Positions 49,610 through 61,493 of a DNA stretch of 64,000 bases are shown in pieces; the stretch's first letter is position 1, and each line of letters starts with the position of its first letter. A program made the position numbers and the translations under genes. The notes below the pieces were generated by a model, which saw only the letters and a list, made by a program, of their open reading frames with translations, did no database searches and was not told the origin of the DNA. The DNA is from Kofleriaceae bacterium. GTDB taxonomy: Bacteria > Myxococcota_A > Polyangia > Haliangiales > Haliangiaceae. The stretch lies in NCBI GenBank assembly GCA_965215005.1, contig CBDCCZ010000003.1:96001-160000 (forward strand), in the 5' to 3' direction.

Positions 49610-50632
49610 ATGCGCCGCCGCTTCAAGTCAAACGACTCGTTCCGCCTGTTTCGCCGCGAGTGCCTCGCCGGAGCAGTCATTCTCGCTGCACTAGGCGGGT
49701 GCGCGGGCGATGCCGATCTCGAGCTATTGCCGGACGCGGCCGCGCCGTTCGTTCCCGACCCGAGCCCCGAGAACCCCGAGCCGGTTCCTCAGCCAGAGCC
49801 AGCTCCTCAACCAGAGCCAGTTCCTCGTCCGCAGCCTGGCGCGCCCATCACCAACACTCCCACGACAAACTTCGTCAATACCTCGGCGATACCCGGCGAT
49901 CGCTTCGTCATCGAAACCTCGAACCTGTTCGCCGAAGACTTCTCTTCGGCCTCGTTCGTGTCCTGGTACGCGGAGCTCCGCAATATCGGCGATGCGCCGC
50001 TTTGCGGCGGCCTCATCGAGTCGATCGCGCTCGTAGACGGCAATGGAGCCGAGCTGGCGACTCTAAACGGCGTGTTGTCGGGACCACCGTATAGCAGCGT
50101 CACGAACCTCCCCAGAACCTGCATTCCGGCCGGCGAGAGGGGATATGTGCACGCGCTCGAGCAGTTTGACGCACCGGTGGCGATGGCCTCGGTAACCACC
50201 GTGCGCTTCGCAATTGCGGTCACCAGTGAGCCCGCTGCCACGCGCCACCCGCTCGCACCAACCATCGTCGACGTCGCGTTGCAGTCAACGCCGCAAGGCC
50301 AGCGCGCACGAGGCACGCTGCGCAATGACAGCGGCCAGCCGATTCACAACATCGGGCTCCGCGTCTTCGTGCGCGGCTCGGATGGTTACATCGTCGACGA
50401 GCTCAGCGCCACCCACCTCGATACGTTGCCCGTGAGCGCCTCATGGAGCTACGAGACCACCACCTATACGCAGGGGCGGCTTAGCGAGTTGGTGCAGTTC
50501 GAGCGCTTCTTACCAGGACCTCGCCAGTCCCTGCGCGCGAACAAGACCATCTCCAGCGTCGAAAATCAGCGGCGCGATCGTCACGCGCTGCTCTTGAGCC
50601 AACGACGCGCGTTGCGAATGCAGGAGCGGTGA
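49610..50632 (+). CDS. Lipoprotein with Pro-rich linker and two Ig-like (FxLYD-like) domains
   Basis: Lipobox LGGC; PQPEP repeats; two (E/T)LRN.......D..G..L/V repeats. Confidence 0.6.
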   Translation: MRRRFKSNDSFRLFRRECLAGAVILAALGGCAGDADLELLPDAAAPFVPDPSPENPEPVPQPEPAPQPEPVPRPQPGAPITNTPTTNFVNTSAIPGDRFVIETSNLFAEDFSSASFVSWYAELRNIGDAPLCGGLIESIALVDGNGAELATLNGVLSGPPYSSVTNLPRTCIPAGERGYVHALEQFDAPVAMASVTTVRFAIAVTSEPAATRHPLAPTIVDVALQSTPQGQRARGTLRNDSGQPIHNIGLRVFVRGSDGYIVDELSATHLDTLPVSASWSYETTTYTQGRLSELVQFERFLPGPRQSLRANKTISSVENQRRDRHALLLSQRRALRMQER

Positions 50633-50656
50633 GGACGGCGCCTGGGGCTGCGCGTG

Positions 50657-51760
50657 CTAGCGCCGCCTCCCAAAGATGGACAAACGATGCCATAGGCCCT
50701 TCTTTTCGCGGGTATCCGGTGCTGGCGTGTGCTCGCCGCGCAAGTCGGCCACCGGCGTTTGCGAGGTGGGATCGCCCGTGCCCGCACCCATGCCGAGCCC
50801 CTCGCGCGCATCCAGCACCGAGCGCGCGAGCAGCGTGTGCAGGTCTTTGCGCGACTTGACCCGCCGCAGCACCGCCCCGAGATGGCCCGCCATGTCGCGC
50901 ACCGAGGCGTAGCGCTGCTCTTCCCGCGGTGCCAGCGCTTTATGGATCACGTTGACCAGCGGCGCCGGCACATCCGGCCGATAGGGCCGCAGCGGTTGTA
51001 CCTGGACATCGCGAACCTTGACGTAGGTATCGTAATCGGTGGCGCCTTCGAATAGCTTGCGCCCTACCAACGCCTCCCACAGCACCGAGCCCGCGGCGAA
51101 CTGATCCGAGAGCGGCGTCGGCCGCTCGCCGGCGACGATTTCGGGCGATAGATAGGACATCTTGCCCTTCACCACGCCGGGCTCGGTCAGCTCGCTCGTG
51201 CGATCGGCCGCCAGTGACAGGCCAAAGTCGATGACCTTCACCATGCCGCGCGTGGTGAGAAGGATATTGTGCGGCGACACATCGCGGTGAACGACCGGCG
51301 CGAGCGCACCGCTTGCGTCAGTGCGCTCGTGAGCCGCCGCGAGCCCGCGCAAGGTGCCAATACCGATGGCGGCGATGAGGTCCCATCTCGGCCGCGTCTC
51401 GCGCTCCACGTGATATCGGATGAAGCTGCCGAGGTCGATGCCGTCGACCCACTCCATCACCAGGTAGTAATTGCCGTGCTCCGCCACGAAGTCGTAGGCC
51501 TGGGCGATGTTGGGCGAATACAGCGTGGCGCCCACGCGCGCTTCCTCGACGAACATATCCACGTACTGCGGCTGCTTCGCCAGATGCGGATGCATTTGCT
51601 TGACCGCCACCGTGCGAACGAAGCCGTGGTCTCCGCGCAACAGCGCCCGCCACACGATCGCCATGCCCCCGCGACCGGCGACCTCGCACAGCTCATAGCG
51701 TCCGCCGACCAGCATTCCAGCGGTGGGCTCCCTTGCCAGCTCCTGTCCCACGCGCAACAT
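50657..51760 (-). CDS. Serine/threonine protein kinase
   Basis: GRGGMA.V, VAVK, VHRDVSPHN, DFG, GKMSYLSPE. Confidence 0.93.
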   Translation of the reverse strand: MLRVGQELAREPTAGMLVGGRYELCEVAGRGGMAIVWRALLRGDHGFVRTVAVKQMHPHLAKQPQYVDMFVEEARVGATLYSPNIAQAYDFVAEHGNYYLVMEWVDGIDLGSFIRYHVERETRPRWDLIAAIGIGTLRGLAAAHERTDASGALAPVVHRDVSPHNILLTTRGMVKVIDFGLSLAADRTSELTEPGVVKGKMSYLSPEIVAGERPTPLSDQFAAGSVLWEALVGRKLFEGATDYDTYVKVRDVQVQPLRPYRPDVPAPLVNVIHKALAPREEQRYASVRDMAGHLGAVLRRVKSRKDLHTLLARSVLDAREGLGMGAGTGDPTSQTPVADLRGEHTPAPDTREKKGLWHRLSIFGRRR

Positions 51761-51929
51761 TCTGACACGACTGCCCCTCAGTGTCCTGGACCGAGTCGAT
51801 CAACCGAGAGTCGCACAACCGCGGTGCGTGTAGCGGAGCCAATGTCCGCCGTACCCGCGCGGCGGACCGACCAACAGGAGCAAGAGGCTCGGATGAGACT
51901 CGCCCGGAGCGAGGGCTCTCGCCTGAAGC

Positions 51930-53045
51930 CTATGGAGCGTCCGCTCGCGCAGGAGTGCCGAGATATTCCTCAGGATCAACCAAGCGGTCACAGCCGAGCT
52001 GCTCACCCGCCGACGTGTCCACAGCCACGCAGGCCTGGCCCTCTGGGCAGCCATAGTCCGCCCCGCACGGCGCGTAACACAGGCCCGGCAAGCGAGAAGT
52101 GCGATCACTGCCGCAGAAGGCCTCGCCCTCGCAATCATCCTGCTGCCGCGATGCATCGCAGGTCTTCACACACGAAGCTTCAAAACCTGCAGCCTGATAC
52201 TCATGGACGTAACACGCTTCGCCCGCACCGCAGCCCTCATCGATGCAGCCGAGACGCTCTGGCGCGATGCACAACGCCGCGAAGCCCAGCGCTCTGGGAA
52301 TTTGCCGACAGACGCGGCCACCAGAACAGTCTTGATCGGTCGTGCAATGGGGCCGACACATCTTCGAATCGGCACCCACGAAGGTCGCACACGAAGAGCC
52401 GGGCCCGCAGTCATCGTCATCGGTGCAGCGAAGCGGAAGACACCCATGGTCGGTACAGCGCAACCCTCTAGCACAGCGCCCGCTGGGTTCGTAATTGACG
52501 TTCGCCGAACACGGTTGCCCCTTTGTCTGGCTGCCCGCTGTCGTGCACATAAAGATGCTCTCGCCACTGAACCTCGACCTGACTGAGCAGATCCTGCCTA
52601 TGCCGCACGCATCGTCTGTGCCGATCCCTGAGCATTCGGAAACGAGGCAGCGACGGACGAGACGGCCGTCGGGGTCGAACGCATCGGCAAACGTACAAAG
52701 TCCAATTGCGCAGTCCTGGTCGGTCTCACAGCGTGGGGGGCACCGCGTCTCGCCGTCGATCTTCACACAAGCCGCGCCGCACTCGCTCAGACAGTCATCG
52801 GGATTGGCGACCGCTTCGCCCGCTGCCTCCGTGGTGCGCAACGGCTGATCAAGTGAGCTTGCCGAGCCGTGCCCAACGCGCGGTGACACCTCAGAGAAGA
52901 CGCGTGCACCAGTTGCCGCTCCGAGCTCTCGCGGCGACTCCATTGCAATGTCGCCGTCGCCGTCACCGGCAGCTCCCGTCGACGCCAGAATCCACACCAG
53001 CGCCAAGCAAAGCAGACACAGAACAAGAGCGAGCGCTCGCCTCAC
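51930..53045 (-). CDS. Secreted cysteine-rich repeat protein
   Basis: N-terminal hydrophobic segment; repeated C..D.DC..G..C modules. Confidence 0.7.
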   Translation of the reverse strand: MRRALALVLCLLCLALVWILASTGAAGDGDGDIAMESPRELGAATGARVFSEVSPRVGHGSASSLDQPLRTTEAAGEAVANPDDCLSECGAACVKIDGETRCPPRCETDQDCAIGLCTFADAFDPDGRLVRRCLVSECSGIGTDDACGIGRICSVRSRFSGESIFMCTTAGSQTKGQPCSANVNYEPSGRCARGLRCTDHGCLPLRCTDDDDCGPGSSCATFVGADSKMCRPHCTTDQDCSGGRVCRQIPRALGFAALCIAPERLGCIDEGCGAGEACYVHEYQAAGFEASCVKTCDASRQQDDCEGEAFCGSDRTSRLPGLCYAPCGADYGCPEGQACVAVDTSAGEQLGCDRLVDPEEYLGTPARADAP

Positions 53046-53077
53046 CTAATACCGCCTATCACCAAACAGCTCTCAAA

Positions 53078-54862
53078 CTACGCGATGACGCCGACTCGTC
53101 GCATGAAGGTATCGACCACCTGACTGACGCGAACGCGATCGAGATGGTCATCTAGCCATTCCAGGCCGACGGCTTCGCCAACCACCCGCATGGCACCGGC
53201 GAGGCGAAACATCGAAGGGCCGCCGAGCATCTCGAAGCCGTGGGGACGTCCGGCTTCGTGGCGGCGGCGATCGCGTTCTTTGAACCGCGTTAGCTGCGTC
53301 GGCTCCTGCAGGCGCCAAACCCGCGCCTTTGCGCCGGTGAAGCCGTCGCGGTCGAGGATTGCGTTGGTGGCTCGGCGAGCAGCCTCGTTGGCGCCTTCCA
53401 TGCTGGCCAGATCGGTGTTGGTACGCACGTAGTCGCCGGCGAGGAAGAGATTTTCGATGGTGCAGTCCGGTTCCGGACGATGCGCCCAGGAGCCAGGCGG
53501 ATGGACCAACAGGCGCGATCGATTGATGGGCGGAGTTCCAAGCGAGTAGTCGAGGTCGGCGTCTAGATGCCACGAGTGCAGATGCGCATCTGTCAAACAG
53601 ATGCTCGAAAGGCTGTTCAGATGAATCTTGAGCTGGCCCCACACCTCACGCGCGATTTCCGCCGGCGTGCACGCGCGAGCGGGCTTGCGCACCATGACGC
53701 CCGGTGTTTCCCAATCAGATATGTCAACTGACAGAATGCCGCCTACTTCGCCGTTGCCATACCGTTTGCGAAACATTCCGTGGTCATTCCAGAACTGCGC
53801 TTGCGAGATGAGCGTTAGGGCCCACGGGGCATCGGCAAAGAAGACGTGGCCCGGCACGCATTGCACGTCTTCCCACAGAAAGAACTGGATCCCCGCCATC
53901 CAGGCGGTCAGCTGGCTCATATCGGCATGGGCGATCGCCGCCAGACTCGGCTCCGCCTCGCACATCGCCGGCGTGATGAGCCGATGCATGACGTCGATTG
54001 GGATTGCCGAGACGTAGTAGTCACCGACGATGGGCGCCGACTCGCCAGCGATGCATACGCCGGTGATGCGGTCGCGCTCGAACATCAGCGACGTCACCGG
54101 CGCGCTGAGATGGAAGCGAACCCCGCGACTCGCGAGATACGCCACCCAATGCTCGAGCCACATCTCGCTCGTCGGCCCGCTCATCGTTCGATCGGTGTTG
54201 ACGCCCTCATGAGAAAAGTCGAGTAGGAGCTGCATCGAGATGTTGCCGATGCTCCGAGCGCTGCCACGCATAGGATCCATCGCCACCATGGTTCGCGGGA
54301 CGATCCGCAAGAACCGCTGAAAGTTGGCCGAGTAGCCATCGCCTCGCAGATAGCTCCACCACGACACGCCCTCGTATTCACCCGCGCGACGCTCCTCGCA
54401 CGACGTCAGGTACTGCAAGACCTTCATGATGAAGAGCCCAACGTCGAACGAATCGACATCCATGGTCTGAAAAAACAGCTCGATAGAGCGCGCGATCGAT
54501 AGCGGCGTGTTGGGAGCTCGACGTGCGAAGCGATGCAAGCAACAACCATCGGCAAGTGCCACCGCCGCTTCGTTACAGTCGCGAAGGTTGTCGCGAACAT
54601 TGGCGCCTGGCTGCCCCACCAGCGGAATTCGCCGCATGGTGTCGATGACGTGCTCGTAGAAGCGCGGATAGAAGCGAAAACCGTGTTCTCCGGGCAGCTC
54701 TCGCCGTCCTCCAGCGGCAGAGCCCGCCACCCACTGGCTGCGCGCTTTGCCGCCGAGGGTGGCGTTGGCCTCGTAAACGTCGACCTCGAAGCCCCGTTCG
54801 ATCAGCTCGTGAGCCGCCGTGAGGCCGGCGATGCCACCTCCCAATACGACGACCTTCCCCAT
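53078..54862 (-). CDS. FAD-dependent oxidoreductase of the phytoene desaturase / HpnE-like family
   Basis: VLGGGIAGLTAAHEL, LGGKARS, GEHGFRF, NLFLAGDYV, ASMEGANEA. Confidence 0.85.
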   Translation of the reverse strand: MGKVVVLGGGIAGLTAAHELIERGFEVDVYEANATLGGKARSQWVAGSAAGGRRELPGEHGFRFYPRFYEHVIDTMRRIPLVGQPGANVRDNLRDCNEAAVALADGCCLHRFARRAPNTPLSIARSIELFFQTMDVDSFDVGLFIMKVLQYLTSCEERRAGEYEGVSWWSYLRGDGYSANFQRFLRIVPRTMVAMDPMRGSARSIGNISMQLLLDFSHEGVNTDRTMSGPTSEMWLEHWVAYLASRGVRFHLSAPVTSLMFERDRITGVCIAGESAPIVGDYYVSAIPIDVMHRLITPAMCEAEPSLAAIAHADMSQLTAWMAGIQFFLWEDVQCVPGHVFFADAPWALTLISQAQFWNDHGMFRKRYGNGEVGGILSVDISDWETPGVMVRKPARACTPAEIAREVWGQLKIHLNSLSSICLTDAHLHSWHLDADLDYSLGTPPINRSRLLVHPPGSWAHRPEPDCTIENLFLAGDYVRTNTDLASMEGANEAARRATNAILDRDGFTGAKARVWRLQEPTQLTRFKERDRRRHEAGRPHGFEMLGGPSMFRLAGAMRVVGEAVGLEWLDDHLDRVRVSQVVDTFMRRVGVIA

Positions 54863-54872
54863 TGCCGGCAGC

Positions 54873-57800
54873 CTACCCGAGCGCGCCGGCCGTAAGCCAC
54901 TCGATCGTGGCGCTCATCTCGCCATCGCCGCGCAGTGCCGCGATGGCAGCGGCTTCGATGACGCCGCCGCATTTGCTCGCCGCGCGAGCGGCCTCACCCA
55001 GCACTTGCTGGCAGTCCGGCTCGCGCCTCATCAGCTGCAGCGCTTGGCCCTTGAGCCGCAGCGCGACGGGGTAAAAGAATGAACGTCGCCCAAGCCATTG
55101 AAGCCGGCGCGCGTGCGCATACGCCCGCTCGGCGTGCTTGTCGCTACCGCCCTCGCCATGCAATCCGAGGCCGAGATGCGCTGTAGCCAACAGCTGATGC
55201 CGCGTGGCTACGAAGATCGGTAACCGTGGAAGAACTCGGTCGAACTCGGGCGACCGCATCGCCTCTGCAGCGATTAGCGTGCCGCGATAATCACGACGGG
55301 CCAAGCACACCTCTGCCGCGAGGGTGAGCTGCCACAACCGCGATACTCCGAGCTGCGCCGAAGCATCGGCCGCAAGCTCGATGGAGCGATCCTCCGCTTC
55401 GTCCACCCGGCCGGCGTAAAGAACGGCGCGCGCGTAGAACAAGCTGGCGAGTGAGCGAGTGAATACGTCTGGCAGATCCGCTGCAAGCATGCCGCCGAGC
55501 ACGTCGACGGAGCGGTGAACCTCTCCAGCGTAAAACTCCCCGTGCGCATAATACGTGCGCAGAAACGACGCTTCCCAGGACCGGCTCAACCCGAGCTCAT
55601 TCGAGATGCGTTCACCGCGCGCCGATGCATCTCGCATCGCCCGCCAGTCTCCGCGCACCGTGTGGCCAAGCAGCCGCACCGCCGCGACCACCATCTGCGC
55701 GTAAGGATCGCCGCATCGCTCTGCAATCGCTTCGGCGCGATTGGTCCACGGACTGCGCAACAAGCCGACGCTGGTGACCTCGAGATACGACGACACCATC
55801 GCCCATCCGCACGCCTCGGCGCTGGCATTCCCGCGTCGGCGGGCGTGCAGAATCGAGCGCAGCACGTACTCGAACGCCTCCCGCGGATACGGCGTCGACA
55901 GATAGCTACCGATCACGCGATAGACCTCGGCCATCAGCTCGGCCTCCGTGGCCGCATTCGCGGTAGCGGAGGTAGGCGCGGAACGCGCGGAACGTGCGCG
56001 CCAGAGCAGCTCGAGCGCAGGCCCGAGCGGCGCCCATAGCGAGGCGAGGCGACGACGGCGAAACACGAGCCCGCGCGAGGCGAGTAGCTCTTCCAGAGTG
56101 GCGATGCCGCGGTCGAGCTCGCCGAGCTTGATCTGCGCTTCGGCAGCGCCTAGCAGCCACTGGTCACGCGCGAGCCCTTGCTGCTCGGCAGCCAAATCGC
56201 GGCACAGCGTCGCAGCGCGGCCATAGTCGCCCGCGAGCAACACCAGCCGCGCGCGCCGCTCTGCGGCCACTTGTACCTGCTCCGCTGGCAGCCCCAACTC
56301 CAGCGCTCGATCGTAGAGGGCAGCCGCATCTTCGAAAGCCAGCTGCTGCGCTGCCTGCTCGGCGGCGGCGTTTGCCCACGGCGCGGCGCGAGAAGACTCG
56401 CCTGCGCGAGCCCAGTGTTCGGCGAGCCGCTCGGCAACCCCGGGAACCAGCCGGTCGGCTTCGTAGCTGGTGGCAAACGCACGATGAAGCTCTTGTGCCC
56501 GCTCGGGGCCAAGCTGGCGATACGCCGCTTGCCGCAGGCGGTCATGATAATAATGATAGGCAACACCGCCGGTCGAGGTCGGTGCGATGCGCACGATGCG
56601 CGTCGCCAGAAGGCCGTGCAGGGCCGACAACAGCTTCGCAGGTGCCAATTGCGTGACCCGCTGGAGGCGCTCGTAGGCAACTGAGCCGCCGGCGACCGCC
56701 ACCGCCTGCGCCACCATCCGCTCGTGCTCCTCGAGGAACTCCACCCGAGAGCGCTCGAGGGCGGCGACATCGAGTCGTGAGCGACTCGCCACCGTCTGGT
56801 TCTGGGCCAGCTCACGCGCCATTGATTCCGCGATATATGGGATCCCGCCGCTGAGAAGCACCAGCTGCGAGACGACACCGTCGTCGAGCTCACCGGGGCA
56901 CATCGACCGAATGAGCGCCGCGGCATCGGGCTCCGCCAGCGGCGGCAGGTTGAGGAGCGAGGTCCGAGCGCTGGCGATGGCGCGGGTCAGGAAGGCTTGC
57001 AGAGGCGCTCTGGCCTTGAGGTCCTCATCGCGAAACATCAGGATCACCAGGAGCGGCAGCTCCTGCTGATCGCCGAGCATCGCGAGTAGCTCGAAGCTCG
57101 CCGGATCGGCCCACTGCAGATCATCGACCGCGAGGATGCCGGCACCGCCGCGCAGACGGCGTCGCAGCAGACCGGTGAGGGCACTGAACGCGCGTTCGCG
57201 CTCGGCGCGAGGATCCGTGACGGCGCTGTCGTCGATGACGGCGAGTTCTGCAAACGCGGGAAACACGCGCGCCAGGGCCGCGGCGTGCGGCGGCATGGCA
57301 TCGGTGCGCCAATCGGCTCCGGCATCCGCCGCAAGCTCCTCGGCAACGCGGTCGAATGCGCGATAGGAGATGGTTTCCGAGTCGTAGCAGCGATCGCGAT
57401 ATACGATCGCCTGCGCCGCCGACGTCGATACGTGCAGCTCATCGAGCAGCGCGGTCTTCCCGGCTCCAGAGGGTCCCACGAGAAACATCACGCGGGGGAG
57501 CCGGTCGCTGCGAGCCTTCTCGAGCTCGCCGCGCAGCGCCGCCAGCTCCTCTTGGCGGCCGACGAACTGCGGTCGCCGTTCGCGCCTGGGCTCGCTGAGC
57601 GCATGCCCCAGCGCCACAGAACGCACCGCTTCGGCGGTGGGACGCTCACTCGGATCCTTGCGCAACAGCGCGTCGATGGTTCGAGCCAGATCTTCGGCCA
57701 GCACCGGATTCACCGACCGCACCGCTGGGGCCAGCTCCTCGACGTGAGACGTGACGATTTGATAAAACGTGCCGCCAAACGGCGGCGCGCCAGTGACGAG

Positions 57801-58529
57801 CTCGAATGCCAACACCCCGAGGGCGTAGAGATCCACCGCCGGCGAAACTTCTTGGCCGTGCAGATATTCCGGCGCCATATAAGCGACCGTTCCGGCCATC
57901 GGCGAGGCAGTGCGGCTCTGCCCGCGCACCGGCGTGCAGTCGAAGACGAGCCCAAAATCGAGCAGCTTGACGTGACCATCTGCGGTGACGAGTGCGTTGG
58001 AGGGCTTTACGTCGCGATGCACCTTGCCGTGCTCGTGCAGGTGTGCGAGCCCTAACGCCAGCTGCGCCAAGGCGCTGCGCAGCCGCTCCTCGTTGAGCGA
58101 CAGCGCTCGCGGACGCAGCCAGGAAACCGGCTCCGGGCCCGGACCAGAGATGGTCTCGGCATCGATCGTACTCAGCGTCATCGCTCCCGTGTCGGCGTGC
58201 GCGATGACGCTCTCGGCTTCACCGCGGACCCAGCTCCGCAAGTCACTACCGCGCACCAGCTCCATCGTGAAGAACGCGGTATCGCGGTCGACATAGAGCT
58301 CGTAGAGGTCGACCAAGTTGCGATGGCGCAGCTCAGCAACCGAGCGGAACTCATGCTTGAGCTGCCCCAAGCGGCGCGGATCCGTATGCGCCACGGTCTT
58401 GAGCGCGAGCCTGGCACCGGTGTCGGTGTCAACCGCCTCGTACACCGTTCCCATGCCACCGCGCCCGAGCTCACAGACGATCTCGAAGCGCCCTCGACCC
58501 AGCTCACGTCGCATGAGCGATACCCCCAT
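54873..58529 (-). CDS. Ser/Thr kinase - P-loop ATPase - TPR-like multidomain protein
   Basis: LGRGGMG, VHRDVKPSN, DFG, YMAPE; FVGR..EL, GPSGAGKT, VDDLQWAD; helical repeat C-terminus. Confidence 0.9.
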   Translation of the reverse strand: MGVSLMRRELGRGRFEIVCELGRGGMGTVYEAVDTDTGARLALKTVAHTDPRRLGQLKHEFRSVAELRHRNLVDLYELYVDRDTAFFTMELVRGSDLRSWVRGEAESVIAHADTGAMTLSTIDAETISGPGPEPVSWLRPRALSLNEERLRSALAQLALGLAHLHEHGKVHRDVKPSNALVTADGHVKLLDFGLVFDCTPVRGQSRTASPMAGTVAYMAPEYLHGQEVSPAVDLYALGVLAFELVTGAPPFGGTFYQIVTSHVEELAPAVRSVNPVLAEDLARTIDALLRKDPSERPTAEAVRSVALGHALSEPRRERRPQFVGRQEELAALRGELEKARSDRLPRVMFLVGPSGAGKTALLDELHVSTSAAQAIVYRDRCYDSETISYRAFDRVAEELAADAGADWRTDAMPPHAAALARVFPAFAELAVIDDSAVTDPRAERERAFSALTGLLRRRLRGGAGILAVDDLQWADPASFELLAMLGDQQELPLLVILMFRDEDLKARAPLQAFLTRAIASARTSLLNLPPLAEPDAAALIRSMCPGELDDGVVSQLVLLSGGIPYIAESMARELAQNQTVASRSRLDVAALERSRVEFLEEHERMVAQAVAVAGGSVAYERLQRVTQLAPAKLLSALHGLLATRIVRIAPTSTGGVAYHYYHDRLRQAAYRQLGPERAQELHRAFATSYEADRLVPGVAERLAEHWARAGESSRAAPWANAAAEQAAQQLAFEDAAALYDRALELGLPAEQVQVAAERRARLVLLAGDYGRAATLCRDLAAEQQGLARDQWLLGAAEAQIKLGELDRGIATLEELLASRGLVFRRRRLASLWAPLGPALELLWRARSARSAPTSATANAATEAELMAEVYRVIGSYLSTPYPREAFEYVLRSILHARRRGNASAEACGWAMVSSYLEVTSVGLLRSPWTNRAEAIAERCGDPYAQMVVAAVRLLGHTVRGDWRAMRDASARGERISNELGLSRSWEASFLRTYYAHGEFYAGEVHRSVDVLGGMLAADLPDVFTRSLASLFYARAVLYAGRVDEAEDRSIELAADASAQLGVSRLWQLTLAAEVCLARRDYRGTLIAAEAMRSPEFDRVLPRLPIFVATRHQLLATAHLGLGLHGEGGSDKHAERAYAHARRLQWLGRRSFFYPVALRLKGQALQLMRREPDCQQVLGEAARAASKCGGVIEAAAIAALRGDGEMSATIEWLTAGALG

Positions 58530-58575
58530 GATAGGCTAAACGACACCCACGCCGACGCCACTTGGACCTTCGTCG

Positions 58576-59301
58576 ATGCCGAACGCCAGCCGCATGCTCT
58601 TCGCTCATGTCGTCGACCGCGACGACGAAGACATCGAGCTCGACGTCGCTGCGCTGCTGGTAGCGGAGTGGGAGTATGAGCGACTCGAGGTTGCTCATTA
58701 CGTCGACCAGCTGGATCGCTTCTCGGAGTCGGTCGAGAAGATTTTGCGCGATCTGGGCAATGTCCGGTTTGGACCCGTGCGAGCCATCAATCGGGTCCTG
58801 TTCCGTGAGCTCGGCTTTCGCGGCAATCAAGACGACTACTACGATCCGCGCAACAGTTTCCTCAACGAGGTAATCGACCGCCGCACAGGGATTCCCATAA
58901 GTCTGTCTATTCTGTACATGGAAGTAGCCCGCCGTGTCGACATCCCCATCGAGGGTGTTGCCTTCCCCGGCCACTTCCTCGTCCGTTATGACGAAGACGA
59001 CGACTCGCTCATCATCGATCCGTTTCGCATGGGTCTCACGATGGACCGCGATGATCTCCAGTCGCTGCTCCGACGAGTGGAGGGACAGGAGGCAACGCTG
59101 TCCCCGGAGCATCTGCAACCGGTCAGCAAGAAGTCGCTACTGATGCGACTCTTGACCAATCTCGCAGCGATCTACAGCAAGCACCGCGACGCGCTCCGCT
59201 CCGTCGAGGTGCTCGAGCGCATGCGCATTCTCGACCCGCAGAACAGCCGCGTGGAACGCGCGCTGAGCCGGCTGCGCGCGCAAGCCATTGAAGTCAACTG
59301 A
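58576..59301 (+). CDS. SirB1/YchA-like transglutaminase-like + TPR protein
   Basis: GF.GN...YYDPRNSFLN.V..RR.GIPISLS, FPGHFL, IDPF, R.L.NL. Confidence 0.9.
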   Translation: MPNASRMLFAHVVDRDDEDIELDVAALLVAEWEYERLEVAHYVDQLDRFSESVEKILRDLGNVRFGPVRAINRVLFRELGFRGNQDDYYDPRNSFLNEVIDRRTGIPISLSILYMEVARRVDIPIEGVAFPGHFLVRYDEDDDSLIIDPFRMGLTMDRDDLQSLLRRVEGQEATLSPEHLQPVSKKSLLMRLLTNLAAIYSKHRDALRSVEVLERMRILDPQNSRVERALSRLRAQAIEVN

Positions 59302-59343
59302 GGCCGCGTGTGAGCGAGGCCAACGGAGCTCCCTCCAGAGGCA

Positions 59344-59715
59344 TTACTCCAGCTGCAAGCCACAATCGGCGCACGCACCCATGACCAGCGGTGCTGCGTG
59401 GCCACACGCCGGGCACGGCGGCTCGTCGCTTCCGCTTGCAACCGCGGGCGCGGGCGCGGCAGTGCCCTCCGCTGCAACCATAGCGGCCCACTCGGCCTGC
59501 AACAGCCTTGCAACGCGCTCAACATCTGCCTCCTGGACCAGGAGGACGGCTTTGGTGCCTCAGCCCTTGCCGCTGCCGGCAGGCGCCGCGGCCGCGGCGG
59601 CTACATCCGCAGCGAGACAGCGGTCTACGAGCTCTTTGATGTAAGCGAGCGAGCCCTGCACACAGGGAACGGCGCCGGATTCTTCGAGAAGCGCGGCAGC
59701 GGTCTTGGCGTCCAT
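59344..59715 (-). CDS. Candidate selenoprotein (123 aa, UGA at codon 52) with a C-terminal zinc ribbon
   Basis: Single frame: MDAKTAAALLEESGAVPCVQGSLAYIKELVDRCLAADVAAAAAAPAGSGKG-[TGA 59562-59560]-GTKAVLLVQEADVERVARLLQAEWAAMVAAEG...CPACGHAAPLVMGACADCGLQLE-TAA. TACAAT lies 6 nt before the ATG; a hairpin follows the UGA. Confidence 0.75.
59529..59545 (-). promoter_or_regulatory. Putative bacterial SECIS element
   Basis: CCUCCUG-GUC-CAGGAGG perfect 7-bp stem; apical GGUC about 20 nt 3' of the UGA. Confidence 0.65.
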
Positions 59716-59781
59716 CCCGCCATTGTAATGGACTTCGGCAGCAAACGCAGTAGAGTCGCCGACCGACGAGAGTATCTGTTT

Positions 59782-61374
<1,593 letters not shown>

Positions 61375-61493
61375 CCGGGGCTTGGCACCGCGTTCTCGGC
61401 CATCGCCGCCAACGTCATCACGCTCGATGGGTTGCCGGCAGCCTTGCTATCGGAGTTGACCGGCGGCGATCCGCTTCCTAGCAACGTCGCGCC

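Noticed and set aside
59398..59781. 128-aa N-terminal extension of RF3 in the ORF track
   Set aside because: RF3 homology starts at RRTFAIISH shortly after Met 59782; the extension is antisense to the candidate selenoprotein.
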